Shown here one piece after another: positions 28,740 to 39,238 of a stretch of 64,000 nucleotides of DNA (position 1 is the first letter of the stretch; every line of letters begins with the position of its first letter). A program made the position numbers and the translations under genes. Source of the DNA: an uncultured virus (IMG/VR IMGVR_UViG_3300032287_003803) (taxonomy: Duplodnaviria; Heunggongvirae; Uroviricota; Caudoviricetes); IMG/VR virus record IMGVR_UViG_3300032287_003803, one strand, 5' to 3'. The notes under the pieces are model-generated. The model was not told where the DNA came from. It searched no databases and worked only from the letters and a program-made list of their open reading frames with translations.

Positions 28740-29161
28740 GACCTATTCTGATAACAGAATAAGCCATAGTCAACCATAATTTCTAAAAATCTTTGAACAG
28801 TTATAGTGCGTGGTTGTTTAATGTGGTCCCAAATTGTTATCTCTGTGCTTGGCAACATTTTGTTTTGCTGCAATGCTAAACTTAAAAGTGTAATCAATTT
28901 GCTAAATTCTGCTTCATCTTCTCTATTTGCAGAGAGTTTATAATTCTCTGGTTGTACATTAAAGGATTCAATTGATCCATTTGCAGCACTAGCAAAGTAA
29001 GCTATTGCACCATCAAAAGAATCAGCATAAATCCAGCCGTCTATTGGGTATTCGTATGAATCTTTGTCAGATAAGACCAACATGTAATTAGGCCCATTCA
29101 CTATATTTGGGGCAAATAAAATTTCTGTTTCTTCTTTTTTGTAAAATCCTGCGTTGTTCAT
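28736..29161 (-). CDS. hypothetical protein (tail fibre accessory?)
   Basis: 141-aa ORF directly downstream of the repeat adhesin; YEYPIDGW motif. Confidence 0.55.
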   Translation of the reverse strand: MNNAGFYKKEETEILFAPNIVNGPNYMLVLSDKDSYEYPIDGWIYADSFDGAIAYFASAANGSIESFNVQPENYKLSANREDEAEFSKLITLLSLALQQNKMLPSTEITIWDHIKQPRTITVQRFLEIMVDYGLFCYQNRS

Positions 29162-29165
29162 AAAA

Positions 29166-31520
29166 TTATCCTGATATTGTGAACCCTTTAAGCACTGCTC
29201 TGTATGTTTGAAGCAAGCGAAACGCTAATGTCTGTGATGAACCACCAGCCATGGGTCTTGACATGGTGACACTTGTATTTGGCACTATGCTAACAATGAC
29301 TGAATTGTATCTAACTGTTCCAGAACCATTGGTTGTTAATGGCAATGCTGCTCCACCCAATGTACTAGCCACTTGAAAAGTATCAGCAGCAGCATTAACT
29401 ACAAAATAAATTGTATTAATTACAATACCAGTTGTTGTAGTGATGACCGAGAAAGCTACTTCATCTCCATCGCTCAATCCATGTGCTGTAAGATTTACTA
29501 AATCACCTGCATCTGTAAAGGTCACTGCTCGTCCTGTTGTGAGGATAGTATTGGTTCCAGTGACTTGCATGCCAGCAGATAAACCAGTGGTGCTAGCCAT
29601 TGTGATGGTTGTAGAACCAGCAGCAGGTGTTCCAGTTAATGAGACTGGTGTTGGAGCACCCCAGTTACTTGATATAGTTAAGGTTCTTGCTGCGCCTACA
29701 AGTGCTGTTCCTAAATTTGTAAATATTGTTTCAAGAGCATCTTTTGCAAATTTGCAATTGCTAAAAGATGTGGTGACTCTTAAATTAATAGCATTAAAAG
29801 TAGCCAAGCTAAAGCAGCTAGTTAGTGTTAAAGCACCTACTAGATTCAAATTCATAGCGGGAAATGTAGTTAAGCTATAACATGCACTAAACGCGTTTGT
29901 CATATCAGTTGCAGCAATTGTATTAAATTCAGGAATAGTCATTAAACTAATACAGTTACTAAATGTGCCGTTAAATGAAGTTATTTTAATAGTATTGAAT
30001 AATGGTACGCTTGTTAAGCTATAACATTGAGTAAACATACTAGCAAAACTAAGAACGTTTGCTGTATTAAACAAAGGTACAGATGACAAACTAAAACAAT
30101 TATTAAACATGCTAGCCATTGTTGTCACAGCGCCAGTATTAAATAACGGAACTGTTACTAAACTGACACAAAAATTAAACATACTAGACATGCCTGTCAC
30201 AGCTATGGTATTAAATAAAGGAACTGTTTTTAAACTAAGGCAGTTAAAAAACATATTATTCATATCTGTTACTTTAATAGTATTCATCAATCCAACATTG
30301 ATTAACGAATAACAGCTATAAAACATATTATTCATGGTCAATACATTAGCTGCATTAAACGCTGGAACATTTTGCAATGAGTAGCATTGATAAAACATTT
30401 GGCCCATATTTGTAACAGCAATAGTATTGAATAATGGAACTGTTTCCAAGCTATGACCTTGATAAAACATACTGTTCATGGTTGTCACAGCTATGGTATT
30501 GAATAATGGTACTGATACTAAACCAGTACAAAGATAAAACATACTAGTCATGTCTGTTACTCTAACTGTATTAAATAATGGAACTGTTTTAAGACTATAA
30601 CAATAATAAAACATATTATTCATATTAATACAGCTACGAGTATCGTATAGCGGTACACTCTCCAATGAATAGCATTGATAAAACATAGTTGTCATATTTG
30701 TCACGGATGCTGTATTGAATAATGGAGCTACTGTTAATCTGCGGCAATCATAAAACATTTGAAATGTGGTCAGCACCCCCGCTAAATTTGCATTGGAACT
30801 AAATCTAACATCTAATAAACTCCAACAGAAAACAAACATACTAGCCATGCTTGTTATTGCGGCTGTTGTACCAACATCAACTAGCAACAAACTATACATA
30901 TTATAAAACAATTGCGAAAAACTGGTTAATGCACCTGTATTAATTAAATTAACGTATCTGCAACGTCTGGGATACACTGTAGTAGTAGGAGATGTTGACC
31001 CAATTGTTAATGATGTTAGATTTGGAGCAGAAAGATATATTTCGTGTATGGGTTGGCTGTAATAATTAGTCGCCACCATAGAAGAGTGTCTGGTCTGAAA
31101 ATTTACAGATGTTATATTTGCTCCGCCTTGTGGTGTTATAATCACCCATGCTTGCTTGAAACCATCAGATGTTAAAGTGGAATTGGTAGGATCAAATGTT
31201 GCAAAATTATAAGAGTGTTCTGCTGCTGTACCAGATGAGACGTTTTGTGGTGCTGTTCCATCTCCCCAATCAACTGTGTAGTTGCCTGCAATGGTGAAGG
31301 CTAGATAATTAGATGAATCATTTGATATAAAAACCAACAAAGCAATCTTCTGTTCTGAGCTAGAGATAACAGGAGGCGCAAGCAAATCGGTGGGACGATC
31401 TGTGCTAGTTGCAGCAGCAATGGGTTTTTTTAGATTATTAAATCTATTGTACCCCATGAAAGAGGATGAGATTATTTTATCCGCAGATGTTGCTGCTTTC
31501 TGGCCGTATCTGATGCTCAT
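29166..31520 (-). CDS. BspA/DUF285-like leucine-rich-repeat virion adhesin
   Basis: PKD-like YTVDWGDG, about 12 clean 24-aa repeats PLFNTxxVTxMxxMFxxCxSLxxV, and C-terminal beta-barrel modules. Confidence 0.8.
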   Translation of the reverse strand: MSIRYGQKAATSADKIISSSFMGYNRFNNLKKPIAAATSTDRPTDLLAPPVISSSEQKIALLVFISNDSSNYLAFTIAGNYTVDWGDGTAPQNVSSGTAAEHSYNFATFDPTNSTLTSDGFKQAWVIITPQGGANITSVNFQTRHSSMVATNYYSQPIHEIYLSAPNLTSLTIGSTSPTTTVYPRRCRYVNLINTGALTSFSQLFYNMYSLLLVDVGTTAAITSMASMFVFCWSLLDVRFSSNANLAGVLTTFQMFYDCRRLTVAPLFNTASVTNMTTMFYQCYSLESVPLYDTRSCINMNNMFYYCYSLKTVPLFNTVRVTDMTSMFYLCTGLVSVPLFNTIAVTTMNSMFYQGHSLETVPLFNTIAVTNMGQMFYQCYSLQNVPAFNAANVLTMNNMFYSCYSLINVGLMNTIKVTDMNNMFFNCLSLKTVPLFNTIAVTGMSSMFNFCVSLVTVPLFNTGAVTTMASMFNNCFSLSSVPLFNTANVLSFASMFTQCYSLTSVPLFNTIKITSFNGTFSNCISLMTIPEFNTIAATDMTNAFSACYSLTTFPAMNLNLVGALTLTSCFSLATFNAINLRVTTSFSNCKFAKDALETIFTNLGTALVGAARTLTISSNWGAPTPVSLTGTPAAGSTTITMASTTGLSAGMQVTGTNTILTTGRAVTFTDAGDLVNLTAHGLSDGDEVAFSVITTTTGIVINTIYFVVNAAADTFQVASTLGGAALPLTTNGSGTVRYNSVIVSIVPNTSVTMSRPMAGGSSQTLAFRLLQTYRAVLKGFTISG
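29860..30730 (-). repeat. tandem 72-bp (24-aa) coding repeats
   Basis: Recurrent aataatgg...aaacat motifs at about 72-nt period. Boundaries approximate. Confidence 0.8.
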
Positions 31521-31522
31521 AA

Positions 31523-31888
31523 TTATGCAGTGATTCTGTTGACGTAACCATAAACATTGATTCCACTCGCTACTGAACTCAAACCATAAATAACGCTAGC
31601 AGTTGATCCGCTTCCCTCTAAAACAAAACCAGGAGATACTAATATCGGACCAGCGTAAGCTTGAACGTTAATTGGACCAAGAATATTTGTCGCGCCAGTC
31701 AAACCCCAATACACAGTCAAAAGAGCATCTGAGGCTCCAGTGTTATTGGCATATAGCCAAATTTCATCAAGGTCAGTGGCATTGTTTTGAGTGGCATGCA
31801 ATTGAACACCTGGAACTCCAGTGGAGGTCAATAAAATACCAGCGCCAATTGCTGTTTGAGATAGTGGGATTTTTGAATAAGAAGGCAT
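31523..31888 (-). CDS. putative virion structural protein
   Basis: DEIWLYANN...GYVNRI beta-sandwich-like sequence within the tail module. Confidence 0.6.
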   Translation of the reverse strand: MPSYSKIPLSQTAIGAGILLTSTGVPGVQLHATQNNATDLDEIWLYANNTGASDALLTVYWGLTGATNILGPINVQAYAGPILVSPGFVLEGSGSTASVIYGLSSVASGINVYGYVNRITA

Positions 31889-31889
31889 A

Positions 31890-34397
31890 TTATGCGAACA
31901 TTGAAATTGAAATAACTAAATTAGAATCATTAACACTAATACTACCACTACCACCGCCACCCGTTCCAGTATTATCAGTGAAAGAGCCAGTAACAGTTGA
32001 GCCGTCTCTCTGGAATAGAGTTATAACTTTTGTAGTGTCACCAGTAATTGTCATGCCAGTAATGGCATCATTAAAACCAGTAATAGCATAGCCACTGATT
32101 GATTGGCCGTTGCTCAAACCGTAATAGCGGCCATCAGCCGCGCCTGTGGTCAGGAACGCGCCCGTGAGCGCGGAAGCGGCAAACGCTCCAGTTTGTGAGA
32201 CTGTAATAAATGAACCAGTATTTGCGGCCAAAGCATAAGCTGAAATTCCTGATACATCTCCAGTATTAATTTGACGAGCAAACCAAGAACCGCTGCCCGA
32301 ATTATACATCAGAGTATCATTAGTTCTTGCATTCTGAGCGTAAACTCGATGCAGTTCTTCAATTTCAAAACCATTTTGAGGTTTAACATAAACTTTACCG
32401 TTGTTTGATTGAGAACGTAAAACAACACCTAAATAAACAAGATGATTGTTGCCATAAGGTTTGTTGCCAGTGCCAAAAATAATATCTCCAGTTGTGCCAA
32501 GCCACATTGGATCGCCAGCCGTAGCAGCGCTCGTATTAAATCCCTCTAAGATTCCTTCTGATATAATATAGCCAAAGTCATTAGAGTTTAGGTCTTGAGC
32601 TAAAAGGCCAATGGTTTTCGAAGAGGTTCGTTCTCCAGTATTTGACGCTCTTTTAATTAATGGGTTTGCTCCATTGGCTCCGCCAATATAGACTGGTTGA
32701 CCCTTGTTTAAAGTAAAAGGTTCGTCGTTTTTACCATACAAATGAATTGTATCAACAGAATCGCCGCTTATTAAAACTCCTGTAGTGTTAACGGTTGGCC
32801 TAGATATAAAATTTTTTATCCCAGAAATCGTTTCATTACCCGTTAAAGAAACATAACTGCCAGTTGAACTAGAACCTGAAAAGTTACTTATTTGATACTG
32901 TAAATATCCGCTTACTCCAGTAACGTAACTTGTTGTTGCATAACTGCTGAGATCAACTCCTGTTATAAATCCAGATGGATTACTATTTGGATAAAATGCT
33001 CCAGTTTGAGAAGCTGTAATGAAAGAACCAGTTTGCCCAGTAGTAATAAAAATACCTGTTTCACTTGGTCGCACAACAGAACCTGTAACAAATTGTCCAG
33101 TCTGTCCAGTGGTAACGAAAGCCCCAGTAGCAGATTGAAGAACGTAACGACTATCTGCCGCGCCCGTGGTCAAAAACGCTCCTGTTTGAGACGAAACAAC
33201 AAAATTGCCAGTTGCTCCTGTGCTCACAAATTGTCCCGTTTGAGAAGAAGTGATAAAATTACCAGTCTCACTTGGTCTAACTACGCTACCCGTAACAAAA
33301 GAACCAGTTGCTCCAGTAGAAACAAACTGCCCTGTTTGGCTCGACGTAATAAAATTACCAGTTGCGCCAGTTGTTACAAACGCTCCTGTTTCACTTGGGC
33401 GAACCACTGAGCCAGTTACAAAGGAACCAGTAGCTCCAGTGCTAACAAACTGCCCCGTTTGAGAAGAGGTGATAAAAGAGCCTGTTTCGCTAGGACGGAC
33501 AACAGAACCAGTGACAAAATTACCTGTTGAACCAGTAGAAACAAACTGTCCTGTTTGAAATGTTGTAATGAAATTACCAGTTTCACTTGGCCTCACAACA
33601 CTGCCTGTAACAAATGAACCAGTTGAACCTGTTGATACAAATTGGCCTGTTTGAGATGAGGTGATAAAAACCCCAGTTTGACCAGTTGTTACAAATACTC
33701 CTGTTTCGCTTGGACGCACTACAGAACCAGTCACAAAAGAGCCAGTTGATCCAGTTCCAACAAACTGTCCAGTCTGAGAAGACGTTATAAATGAACCTGT
33801 TTCCGAAGGACGAACAACTAATCCTGTAATAAAACTTCCAGTTTGGCCTGTTCCAACAAACTGCCCAGTTTGAGAAGTTGTGATGAACGAACCAGTCTGC
33901 CCAGTTGTTACGAAAACTCCCGTAGCTGACTGCAAAGCATAACGGCCATCAGCAGCGCCAGTAGTAAGAAATGCGCCAGTCTGAGACGAGACAACAAAAG
34001 CTCCTGTTTGTCCAGTCGTTACAAACTGTCCAGTTTGGGAGGTTGTAATGAAATTGCCAGTCTGTCCAGTAGTTACAAAAACTCCTGTTGAAGACTTTGT
34101 AACATAATTGGTTAAATCAACCCCAGTAATATAACCGCTAGGATTAGAATTTAAAGGATAAAAAGCTCCAGTTAATGATCCTGTTTGAGAAGTTGTAATA
34201 AAACTTCCAGTGTCACTAGGTCGTACTACTGAACCTGTTACATAATACGCAGAGAGCGAATCGCTTCCTCCTGGAGCATGAGTTTCGGCATGCTTTGGAA
34301 GACCCTCACTGATTGTTAAATCAATCTCGTTTGGAGGCTGTAAATTTAAATCAAATTGTGCTGGAGGATTAATTGTGACTGAAATATCAGTAGCCAT
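31890..34397 (-). CDS. Thr/Ser/Gly-repeat tail fibre protein
   Basis: HAETHAPGGSD motif, long TG-repeat stalk, YP.SNPSG.ITG and TGNETISGIKNF motifs, and a KGQPVYI..A..A domain. Confidence 0.75.
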   Translation of the reverse strand: MATDISVTINPPAQFDLNLQPPNEIDLTISEGLPKHAETHAPGGSDSLSAYYVTGSVVRPSDTGSFITTSQTGSLTGAFYPLNSNPSGYITGVDLTNYVTKSSTGVFVTTGQTGNFITTSQTGQFVTTGQTGAFVVSSQTGAFLTTGAADGRYALQSATGVFVTTGQTGSFITTSQTGQFVGTGQTGSFITGLVVRPSETGSFITSSQTGQFVGTGSTGSFVTGSVVRPSETGVFVTTGQTGVFITSSQTGQFVSTGSTGSFVTGSVVRPSETGNFITTFQTGQFVSTGSTGNFVTGSVVRPSETGSFITSSQTGQFVSTGATGSFVTGSVVRPSETGAFVTTGATGNFITSSQTGQFVSTGATGSFVTGSVVRPSETGNFITSSQTGQFVSTGATGNFVVSSQTGAFLTTGAADSRYVLQSATGAFVTTGQTGQFVTGSVVRPSETGIFITTGQTGSFITASQTGAFYPNSNPSGFITGVDLSSYATTSYVTGVSGYLQYQISNFSGSSSTGSYVSLTGNETISGIKNFISRPTVNTTGVLISGDSVDTIHLYGKNDEPFTLNKGQPVYIGGANGANPLIKRASNTGERTSSKTIGLLAQDLNSNDFGYIISEGILEGFNTSAATAGDPMWLGTTGDIIFGTGNKPYGNNHLVYLGVVLRSQSNNGKVYVKPQNGFEIEELHRVYAQNARTNDTLMYNSGSGSWFARQINTGDVSGISAYALAANTGSFITVSQTGAFAASALTGAFLTTGAADGRYYGLSNGQSISGYAITGFNDAITGMTITGDTTKVITLFQRDGSTVTGSFTDNTGTGGGGSGSISVNDSNLVISISMFA
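33000..34240 (-). repeat. 9-aa / 14-aa coding repeat array
   Basis: Units FITSSQTGQ, FVSTGATGS and FVTGSVVRPSETG repeated with synonymous divergence. Boundaries approximate. Confidence 0.85.
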
Positions 34398-34744
34398 TAT
34401 TCAAGCCCCCTTCCTTGAACATCTACATCGCCCTTAATAATTCTAACGGGGCAACCGCTGCTAGGTGGGTAAATAAAAATTTCTTGCTCGTAAGCATCAT
34501 AAGACAATTGAGATGTTTGACTGCCATTTAATTCTAAATTAATAATACCAGAGCCTGTGCTTAGAATTGTTGCTGTCCAATTTGGGCCAAAAGAACCGTC
34601 CCATTTTCTTCGCAAATATCCAGATACGCTGTAGCCAGAAAGAGAGTATTCTCCTGTTGAAGTGCTTAAATCAACAGAATAAGAATAGCATGCGCCCCTC
34701 TCTAATGCATTTGAACCAGTTAAATTATATGTGCCTGCTGCCAT
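34397..34744 (-). CDS. putative fibre-attachment / BppU-like small virion protein
   Basis: MAAGTYNL...ERGA..LSGY...G.INL.L...QT...Y...RIIKG.V.V pattern. Confidence 0.55.
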   Translation of the reverse strand: MAAGTYNLTGSNALERGACYSYSVDLSTSTGEYSLSGYSVSGYLRRKWDGSFGPNWTATILSTGSGIINLELNGSQTSQLSYDAYEQEIFIYPPSSGCPVRIIKGDVDVQGRGLE

Positions 34745-34752
34745 ATATAGAA

Positions 34753-34758
34753 TTACAC
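34753..34758 (-). promoter_or_regulatory. GTGTAA putative phage promoter element
   Basis: 8 nt before ATG 34744. Confidence 0.6.
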
Positions 34759-34773
34759 TTTAAACAGAAGAGT

Positions 34774-36180
34774 TTAATCGCAATAGTTTATAAAATCTGC
34801 TGTATTATCTCTTGTTAGCAACATCAATCCGTCACTTGATAATCCTGGACTCGCGCAGATAGAAGGAATGATTGGAGTAGCGCTTGCGTCATTAAAATAA
34901 AGATAATTGTCAAGATCAATGCCAGAACCATCACTAGACTGAATTTTTAACCCCTCATAAGTGAACAACTGCGCACCCTCTTTTTCTGATCTTTGGCCCC
35001 ACTTCATCAGCAAGCCATTCTGCTCATTGCAAGCAAAAGAAAAACCAAACTCAACAGTAAGATTAGAGGAGTAGTCAATGCTGTGACTATGAGATTCTAG
35101 CTTGGCATTGTCGATTTTTAAATATTTATTATTTGTTAAAAAGCCTTTGTAGTTTTGATCAGCATAACCAGAAAGAGTTCCAATGGATTGGTTAATATAT
35201 TTTAACTCATTAGGGTCGATAAATTGAAGCTCAAGAGAGTATGATGGCTCATTGCTCATAGCTCCAGTAAGAATCGGCACTCCAGAATTGAGCGCCAAAG
35301 CTGTTGCAGAAATATTTAAATTGCCAACAATTGGGAACTTGATTTTTTTATCATAAATGAAATCGCTGCCAAACCCATAGCTTGCTTCACGCTCAATTCC
35401 AATCGAAAAACCAATCGAGGAAATTGCCGCATCTGCCCAAGGAGAGATTTTAATTGATGGAACTTGCGGATTTTCTGTGACTATATTAAATACTGTTGTT
35501 TGATATGTTGGCAAAATTGGTTGGCCAGTAGCGGAAGTATTTAAAGCATTAAGATTAGTGATAAACTCAGAATTATTAATGCTCAATTGAGCCGCGCCAT
35601 CTTTATTGCCAACAGCAAGGTTAATAGCTGGAACGTTAATAAGATTCGAAGAAACCACTTGCATTTCCATGTTCACTGCTTCCATTTGAATTGAAGTTTT
35701 TGGAAGACTAGCTGCTGCAATTGCCAAGTTGTAGTTACTTAGAGTGCAGTTGCCAAAAGAAATCATTTCCAAACCATTTAAATTGCCACGATCCTTAATT
35801 TGTTGGATTAAATCAAGACCAAAAAGATCACTCAAGATAAAATAAAGATTGCATGATTGGCCATTGCTTCCTTTAAACACTGATTGGAAATCTCCCCATC
35901 CTTTAAAGAACATTCCAAGCAAGTTTTCATTGTCGAATGTGAGCGAGGAAACGTAATCAAAAGATAGAGAAACAGTTGGCGAAAAAGCCAAGCTCTCCAC
36001 TGAGAATTCTTGACCTCCAATTTGTTTGGAACGAATACGATTACCTTGAACGTCAAACGCAAGATTATCAACAAAAGCAATTGGAAACAAACCTCTTTTA
36101 TATGGCACAAAATCTCCCACTGCTTGAAAAGCGGGGCTTAAATCAGAAGCTAGGATGATTGAATTGCTTTTGATAATCAT
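34774..36180 (-). CDS. tail-tube-like protein (paralogue of 50198..51340)
   Basis: Shares SPTVSLSFDY, GN..L.NY.L......LP and GS.F......FPI motifs with the tail tube. Confidence 0.6.
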   Translation of the reverse strand: MIIKSNSIILASDLSPAFQAVGDFVPYKRGLFPIAFVDNLAFDVQGNRIRSKQIGGQEFSVESLAFSPTVSLSFDYVSSLTFDNENLLGMFFKGWGDFQSVFKGSNGQSCNLYFILSDLFGLDLIQQIKDRGNLNGLEMISFGNCTLSNYNLAIAAASLPKTSIQMEAVNMEMQVVSSNLINVPAINLAVGNKDGAAQLSINNSEFITNLNALNTSATGQPILPTYQTTVFNIVTENPQVPSIKISPWADAAISSIGFSIGIEREASYGFGSDFIYDKKIKFPIVGNLNISATALALNSGVPILTGAMSNEPSYSLELQFIDPNELKYINQSIGTLSGYADQNYKGFLTNNKYLKIDNAKLESHSHSIDYSSNLTVEFGFSFACNEQNGLLMKWGQRSEKEGAQLFTYEGLKIQSSDGSGIDLDNYLYFNDASATPIIPSICASPGLSSDGLMLLTRDNTADFINYCD

Positions 36181-38438
36181 GGCACAAATATTCCAAATCG
36201 AGCGTTAAAGGGTTTATGAAAACCAGCGTTTAAATTGAAAGAGACATTGTTGGAGAACGCTAAAACTTCGCCCAAGTTGCCTGCAAAATATTGCGGCGTT
36301 GCGCCTTCTGCTCCACCAACAGAGAGCTTGATTGAATTTAAATTACTAGCAGTAAGAGTTCCAGAATTACCAACTACACCATTTAAATAGCCAGTAAAAT
36401 GCGTGGAGTTGCGAATAAAACCAATAGAGTAATAGTCTTGAGTACCAACATTAGTAGCTAAAACATTAACAGTTGAAGCATCTCTAAATGATACCGTTCC
36501 TCCATTATAGAATAGTCCGTAATTTTTACTTGGGGAAAAATTCAAGATGCATTGATCATTGCTGTTGTTAAATTTTGCCACAACAAAAGCTGATAAATAA
36601 TCTCCAGTATTGTTGATAACGCCACCAGTCAATAAACTATTGTTGAATAAATATGCTGGTCTTTTATAAAATTGATCTGGATTTAAAGTCACCCATTCAG
36701 AAGGATTCGGCGTATAATTTTGAATTGTGTTGTAAGCGCTTTGACTAGAATTCCATTTGGCAGAATATTCATTTGTAACTCCTCCAAAAAAAGAGTCTCT
36801 GAGCCAAACTGTGAACACATTGCTGCCAACAAAACCAGTTGGTTGAATTGGCAAGCTTAAATTTTTATATGTTTGTGTCCAGTTTCGATAGTCTAAAGAT
36901 GAAATGCAAAAGTAATCTTGTCCAGATTGCGGAGTTGGATTTATTTGATAAAAGCTAACATCTCCCAACACTGAAATATTTCCGCTCACTCCAGAACCTA
37001 GAGCTAAATCAAGTAATCCTGTTGAAAAGCTGTTTTGCGAGATTTGATTGTTGTCTAAATTTAGACCAGTTAAATACTTACAACCACTAATGTTAATTGA
37101 GGAGAGGTTGTTTCTTGCTAGGTTTACATTTTTTAAACCAGAGACTCCATCTGCATTAAATACAGAGAGCTTGTTGGCTTCCAAATTTAACCTCTCAACG
37201 TCTCTAGCACCTTCAAACGAAACATTGGTGATTTCATTTGCCGAAAGATCACAGTTAGATACTTGACATCTAGGATAAAAAATAACTGATTGGATTTGCT
37301 GATTGTAAATGGATAACTGATCGAGTCCTCTATAAAATTTTAATTTTTTTGTTGGATAACTGCCCCAATTGATTTGTTGAGAACCTTCGGTTTTTATTTG
37401 TTTAACTCCAGAAGCTTCAAGCACATAAACTGGAGATTTTGGATCAGCATAGAAAGACAATGATGAAGAATTATTTTTTTGCCCAATGACTAGTGCAGGA
37501 ATATCATCTTGCACTTTAATACCAAGCGGGTCTTCAACGATAGAAATTGTTAGATTATGAGAGTCTTGATAGTTCCAAGAATGCTGCCAAGTATCAACAT
37601 AAAATAACTTTGGACGATTGTAGATTTTCGGCGCATTAAATTCAAATCGTTTGTATCCAAGTGAGTTTTCTAAAAAATGCAGTATGGATTTTAATTTGAA
37701 ATCAGAAATGTTTTTATAATTTAATTGCAGTCCTTGAAATGAATGAATGTTATCGCTATCTTTAATTCTTTGAACAAAAGAGTTTTTAAATTCATTGCGC
37801 GAAACTGTTGGCTTTGTGTCAACTGTTAGGCCCAATTCATTTTCATAGAATAAAGATTGCGTCCAATAACCAGTGTTGGACGGAGCATTATCTGCTTCGC
37901 TAACATGATCTTGTGTGGCATAATAAAAATTAACTAATTTATTTTGCGCCTGAACTTCAAAATAAACAGGTTGATATTTTTGATAAAACTGGCCAGTTTC
38001 CCAATTAACAAAATCATAATCAACAAAAGACATTCCGCTCCAGTTTAGAACACTAGAGTTTCTTTCCACCGAAAAATTCAAAGCAATATTGTATTGATTA
38101 TTATGCGTCATGGACACATTAAAACCATCAACGAAACCAACTAGCGGGCGATAAATATTAGAATCATCATTAATGGCAAAAGCGCCTGTGCCGCTTTGAC
38201 TTTCAAAAAAGTTTATAATGTTTCTGGCGTTAGTTTCATTTTCTGTGAAATTAAAATCACAAGTTGCAACAATATTATTAAGAGTTGTGGGCATGATCGC
38301 AAAAGTATTGTTGTTATACATATACTTGTTTTTCTTGCAAGAAAAAGAAATCGTTGACCCGTAATTTGGGCTAAAATTAAACGAAGGCAACGTTGTTGCT
38401 CCTGTTATGTTTCGATCTCTATTGTAAAACAAACTCAT
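36177..38438 (-). CDS. distal/minor tail protein (duplicated gpM/Dit-like domain) with LRR and LamG-like domains
   Basis: Follows the TMP region. Two IxxFxE...G...F repeats, LxLxxNxL repeats and a C-terminal YLNG..VGG..FAGNLGEV. Confidence 0.6.
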   Translation of the reverse strand: MSLFYNRDRNITGATTLPSFNFSPNYGSTISFSCKKNKYMYNNNTFAIMPTTLNNIVATCDFNFTENETNARNIINFFESQSGTGAFAINDDSNIYRPLVGFVDGFNVSMTHNNQYNIALNFSVERNSSVLNWSGMSFVDYDFVNWETGQFYQKYQPVYFEVQAQNKLVNFYYATQDHVSEADNAPSNTGYWTQSLFYENELGLTVDTKPTVSRNEFKNSFVQRIKDSDNIHSFQGLQLNYKNISDFKLKSILHFLENSLGYKRFEFNAPKIYNRPKLFYVDTWQHSWNYQDSHNLTISIVEDPLGIKVQDDIPALVIGQKNNSSSLSFYADPKSPVYVLEASGVKQIKTEGSQQINWGSYPTKKLKFYRGLDQLSIYNQQIQSVIFYPRCQVSNCDLSANEITNVSFEGARDVERLNLEANKLSVFNADGVSGLKNVNLARNNLSSINISGCKYLTGLNLDNNQISQNSFSTGLLDLALGSGVSGNISVLGDVSFYQINPTPQSGQDYFCISSLDYRNWTQTYKNLSLPIQPTGFVGSNVFTVWLRDSFFGGVTNEYSAKWNSSQSAYNTIQNYTPNPSEWVTLNPDQFYKRPAYLFNNSLLTGGVINNTGDYLSAFVVAKFNNSNDQCILNFSPSKNYGLFYNGGTVSFRDASTVNVLATNVGTQDYYSIGFIRNSTHFTGYLNGVVGNSGTLTASNLNSIKLSVGGAEGATPQYFAGNLGEVLAFSNNVSFNLNAGFHKPFNARFGIFVP

Positions 38439-39238
38439 TGTAAAAATCCTATATAGTTGCTCACGATAGCTAAAGAACTGTCTGAACTAGAGGAAAGCTC
38501 TTGTGAAATTTGTTGAATATTGGGAATTGTGAGACGAACGATTTCACTATTATTATCTCTATTTTTAACCGAAATGTCAAAATTTTTCTTTTGCGCACTT
38601 TGTAAAAAGAAATCGCAATTCTCTGGAGTTAAGTTAACAGCATCAAAAGTCAAAGAAGCTGAAACATTAACTGGTGGCAAAAATACCACTTCATCAACAT
38701 CTCTTGCGCTGTCAATTGAGAAAACTGGTTGCCGATTAATTGAATACTCGAATGAGAAACTTTTTACTCTATTGTTTGATGTGTTGTCGCCAGAAACAGA
38801 GATTGACCTTGGGCTTGGAATAAAAATGCTGGGATGCTCTTGTGTTTTTAAAACTTCAAGCGATGGTTTTAATTCTCCGTAAACAGAAACGCTGCAAGAG
38901 ATTGTTGGTATCTCTCCAACAGTGCAAGAAATACCATATCTGTTCAAGAAGCCGCTAGTAAATCCATAAGATTTTCCGTTATAACTTAAACTGCCAGAAA
39001 AACTAGAGTCACCAGTAAAAGCCAAAAGCGGGTCTTGGTACAACATGCTGCGCTGTAAAGATATTTCGGCTTGGATTGGATTGTTGAGATTGTAGCCATA
39101 AGTTGATCCTAATGTTAAAGAATTTTCTAATGGGACACTGTAATTAATGCTGATGCTGTCAACTCCAGAAAGCTGATAGCCATTAACAACAAAAACTTGA
39201 TCGTATGGTTGAACTGAAAGTGATCGGTCTATGCTCAT
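38435..39238 (-). CDS. tail-tube-like / tail tip protein
   Basis: LSGVDSISINY, GFLNRYGISCTVGEIPTIS and VKSFSFEYSINRQP resemble the tail tube. Confidence 0.55.
   Translation of the reverse strand: MSIDRSLSVQPYDQVFVVNGYQLSGVDSISINYSVPLENSLTLGSTYGYNLNNPIQAEISLQRSMLYQDPLLAFTGDSSFSGSLSYNGKSYGFTSGFLNRYGISCTVGEIPTISCSVSVYGELKPSLEVLKTQEHPSIFIPSPRSISVSGDNTSNNRVKSFSFEYSINRQPVFSIDSARDVDEVVFLPPVNVSASLTFDAVNLTPENCDFFLQSAQKKNFDISVKNRDNNSEIVRLTIPNIQQISQELSSSSDSSLAIVSNYIGFLQ

Noticed and set aside
29166..34397. Repeats as a CRISPR array or DGR template/variable pair
   Set aside because: The repeats are in-frame coding units with synonymous divergence. No spacers, adenine-specific variation or reverse transcriptase were seen.
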